Assembly: GCF_009914755.1 (NCBI RefSeq)
Contig: NC_060930.1
DNA from: the human T2T-CHM13v2.0 reference genome, Homo sapiens
Length of the DNA: 64,000 nucleotides
Reading direction: 5' to 3' (one strand)
The position numbers and the translations under genes are program-made. Each line of letters starts with the position of its first letter. The first letter of the stretch is position 1. Under the pieces are notes generated by a model that searched no databases, was not told where the DNA came from, and saw only the letters and a program-made list of their open reading frames with translations. This document shows positions 60,121-64,000 of this stretch, in pieces.

Positions 60121-60448
60121 ACATCAAACATTGAGTCTGTGGTTATATAGAAATACACATACAATTAGTTCCACATCTTAACTTCACCAATGTGGGCCTA
60201 TTTCAAATACAATAATTTTATTTGCAAATTTGTTTGAGGCAGTGGGTTCCCTGAGTAGACTCCCAGAGGTCTGGCTTCAGGACTTCACCAAGGGCTGAAG
60301 GATGGTATGTTAGATGGCGGCACCTACTGGTAAAGGGTGGCATTACAGCTTGGATCTACCAAAGAGAAGCCACCAAATTTCTCAATCAATCCCAGCAGCA
60401 TTGGACCGGGGACTGGGGACAGAGGGTAAAGACAGAAGAGCTCCTTCC

Positions 60449-60767
<319 letters not shown>

Positions 60768-62361
60768 TCAGTAGCCCTTAAGCTGATCAAGAGGTGGAAC
60801 ATCACTGAGTCTGGGTCAGGGGCCCAGGGAAGCCCGTTCTTCTTCAACATACTGCAACTTCCTACAGACTAGATTTTGCAGGACCAGAGCAGGGCACCAA
60901 GGAATGTCAGCCTGACTGTGATGTCCCTCAGCTTTGCCAAGTCAGCTCAGAAGTGGAGACGTGGCATGACGAAAAGAGAGCCTCTTGCTGCAAAAGGGAG
61001 GCAAAATTCTGTAAGGATATCAACACTCAGCAGAAGCACATAGCTGGCAAACATTCCGACGATCCTTCCTTATTGCAGGTTTTCAGCTTCTCCTAGAATG
61101 ATTTTCAGCCCAATGGGAGCCCTTCTATGGAAATGTAATAGAAGCTATTGGGCAACTGAGCTTTGTTTTACAACAATTTGCTTTATGGTCTACTTGAAGT
61201 TGGTTCATGGATAAATTGAACTTTGCCCCAATACTTCCACCTATCCTTTCCTTAATCCAGGATATCCATAGGAGTGGTATTGGTAGATGAAGTGGTCCTT
61301 CTCCACCTCTCCATCTTTTCCTCTGAGGAGGGAACCCAGTGGAGATCTAGGAGAGGATAGCCATAAAGAATAGGGTAGGGGGAGGGAAAGCAAGCCACCT
61401 CTTAGCAAAATTAGGAAGTTCCTTATGAGTGTTCCTACAGCCCCCTCCTCTGACACTCACAACACATTTTTTAGGGTGTCAACTGATAACTAAAGTTTTA
61501 ACTGGCAAAGGCCGTCACCCTCTCTCACAGGAATATTTGTATTTAGGGCCAAAGAACATAAGGTTTAGCTCAAAGGAGTGATTCTCCAATAATGGAATGT
61601 TAAGCATCAGTCAGAAAGATCTTTGATGAGGTGGCAGAGAATCCCCCAGGGACTTTCAAGTGGCCTCACCTAGGGTTCTCCTTCCTGGACTTGCCTCCCA
61701 GAGTTCATATGAGAGCTGCCTATAGACCCCTTTCATCTGTTCTGGCCCCAGACCTCTGACCACTCAGGCTGCTTCTTGACCAGTCTCCTACCTCTGGCTG
61801 CTTTATCTAGGCTGCCATTACCCAGTTCTTCAGACCTTTGGGGATATCCTGAGCTCTGGCTTGGAAGGTTCCAGATACGCATCTGTGTCTTCCAGACCCT
61901 GAAAGTCTCTAGCAGGAGTCCTCTCCTAGGCCCCCTGTGTGTACATGGTCTTTCCTCAGTGGGGTTTTCCACACTGCCCTTCCATTGAACACCCTCTGCT
62001 GCCCTAGGTCCTCCAGGAAACCTGAAGCATCCTCAGACGGGTGGGAGGCAGGGAGACGAGGTCAGGGAATGCTTCACTTCTCCTCTGGGGTTTGCGTGAG
62101 CTCACCCTTCCTTTATTCTTTCAGCTATTCAGTAAATATTCACTGAACACAACTATCTTCCAGGCATATGCTTAGAGCTGGGGATACAGAGGTGACCCAA
62201 ATGGGTCTTGCCCTCAAAGGTTTGACAGAACTAGTGGAAGGTAAACAGACCATTAGCGATAGCCAGGGCCATCACTGGGATAGGTTTCAAGGACCACTGA
62301 GCTCCAAGTCTGCTGGGGCAGTAAAAAGACTTCCCTGCCAAGGTACCATGGAAGCTGGATC

Positions 62362-62648
62362 TTTTTATTTTTGTTTTTAACAGGGTCTCATTATGTAGCC
62401 CAGGCTAGAGTGCAGTGGTGAGATCACAGCTCACTGAACCTCCAACTCCTGGGCTCAAGCAGTCCTCCTACCTCAACCTCTGAGTAGCTAGGACTACAGG
62501 TGTACATCACCACTTCAGCTAATTTTTGAATTTTTTTGTAGAGACAGGGTTTCATTATGTTGCCTGGGCTGGTCTTGAACTTCTGGCCTCAAGTCATCCT
62601 CCTGCCTCAACCTCCCAAAATACTGGGATTAAAGGCATGAGCCACTAC
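62362..62648 (-). mobile_element. AluJ
   Basis: Diverged dimer. Confidence 0.88.
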
Positions 62649-63239
62649 AAGATTTTAAAGGGCAGTAGTTCTCCAGCTGACAAGAACATGGTGCGTGCCA
62701 GGCATGGTGTAGCTAGGGTGTAGTGATGGTGAAGTTAGAAGACAAGCATGAAATGTCATTGGAAATAAAGGCTCAGGACTGGCACAGAAGGCCACGTACA
62801 CTGTGCCAAGCAGCCAGAACTTAGCTCTGTCAGGCAGTGGCCCACAGGAGACACAAGAAGTACCTGAACTGTGGCAGCAGCAAGGGGGATCAGGAGGAGG
62901 ACTGTCCTTAGGACTCTGAGGAGTCCAAATGGGGCCACTGAGTAGGTTTTGAGCTATTAACCTCAAGATGGAGATCACGGGAAGAGGACAGGTCAGGGGA
63001 GGATGTTGTGAGGAATGAGTTCAGCTGGGGGTAGGTTCAGCTTCAGGTCTTGAAAAATATCATCGGAAGTATCTATAAGTAGGTGGAAATATAGGACTAG
63101 ATAGGAAGCAGAGAAGGGAGCTAGAGCTATAGATCTGCAAATTGAATATGCGGAATTAGAGCTAGGAGAAAAGTGGGGTTAGGGATATAGATTTGGTGGT
63201 CACTGGCATATTGGTGGTGCCTGGAGCCATAATGCCCCA

Positions 63240-63452
63240 CTACGTGCTGTCCGCCTATTTCGTGAGGGACCTTCCACACAAGTCATCATCAGTAACACTC
63301 CAAACATCAGTAACAGAAGTTTATCCTCCCTATTTTCCAGATGAGGATGATAAAGCTCAAAGAGGTGAAGAAACTTGCCCAAGCTCACCCATTGACGTGG
63401 CTGGGATTTAAACTTGGGACTATTTGACCACAAAGCCAATGTTCTTTCCATC
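63240..63452 (-). mobile_element. MIR SINE
   Basis: tattttccagatgagga...gctcaaagaggtgaagaaacttgcccaag. Confidence 0.7.
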
Positions 63453-64000
63453 ACCCTTGCTGTCCCTCAGAGAGTCCCCTAGGGAGGTCATGTAGAGTGA
63501 GAAGTGAAAAAAGCCAAGCTAGAAGCCCAAACTCTCCAGCATGTAAGAGGCCAGCAGAGAGAAAGCAGCCAGCAGGAGATGCAGGAGAAGAAAGTGCTCC
63601 AAGAAGCGGAAGAAGAATGTTCAGAGGTTTTGGATGAGGCAGAGATGTCAGGCTAGATAAGGACCGGCAAACAGCCCTGGATATGAAGACGTGGAAGTCG
63701 CTGGAGACTTTGGGGGAGGGGTGGCAGAGGGAGTCTGGGACAGAATGCATTAGGGCCAGGGATGAAAGGGAAGCAGTGTCATGGAGACCTAGGGCAGAGA
63801 AGTTGGGAGCCTGGAAGGACAAGAGGCAGCAGGGTCTGGGTTACTTCCCTGTTGCTACTATAGGATGCTGCAGATCTTATTGTGTTTACAGGGGGAGCTG
63901 AGGTGAGACATTCAGGCAAAAGAGGGGATAACTGACAGAGCCAGCTCCCTGAAGTGGCAAGAGGGGATGAGATCCAGGTACATGTACATGGTATTAGGTT

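Overview
Primate, most likely human, non-coding genomic DNA (intergenic or deep intronic). It is dominated by interspersed repeats: about 25 Alu elements (FAM, FLAM, J, S and Y types, many with intact target-site duplications), decayed L1M, L2 and MIR fragments, MaLR/ERVL solo LTRs and hAT MER elements. I find no credible protein-coding exon, RNA gene or CRISPR array. The supplied ORFs are explained by Alu/LTR/L1 read-through, low-complexity sequence or GC richness. I cannot support a new biological 'system' from sequence alone. The most notable structures are: (1) a ~98%-identical 331-bp inverted duplication (44342-45414) that postdates a MER1B insertion and could act as a recurrent micro-inversion or hairpin; (2) a 1.2-kb (CAC/CAT/CAA)n tract with a 221-bp higher-order unit; (3) an orphan CpG island next to a (TA)n tract and an Alu; (4) several mutational scars (triple TSD, 113-bp microhomology duplication, fold-back insertion); (5) several enhancer-, promoter- or CTCF-like motif clusters. 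Repeat subfamily names come from recalled consensus sequences, and boundaries of old elements are approximate.
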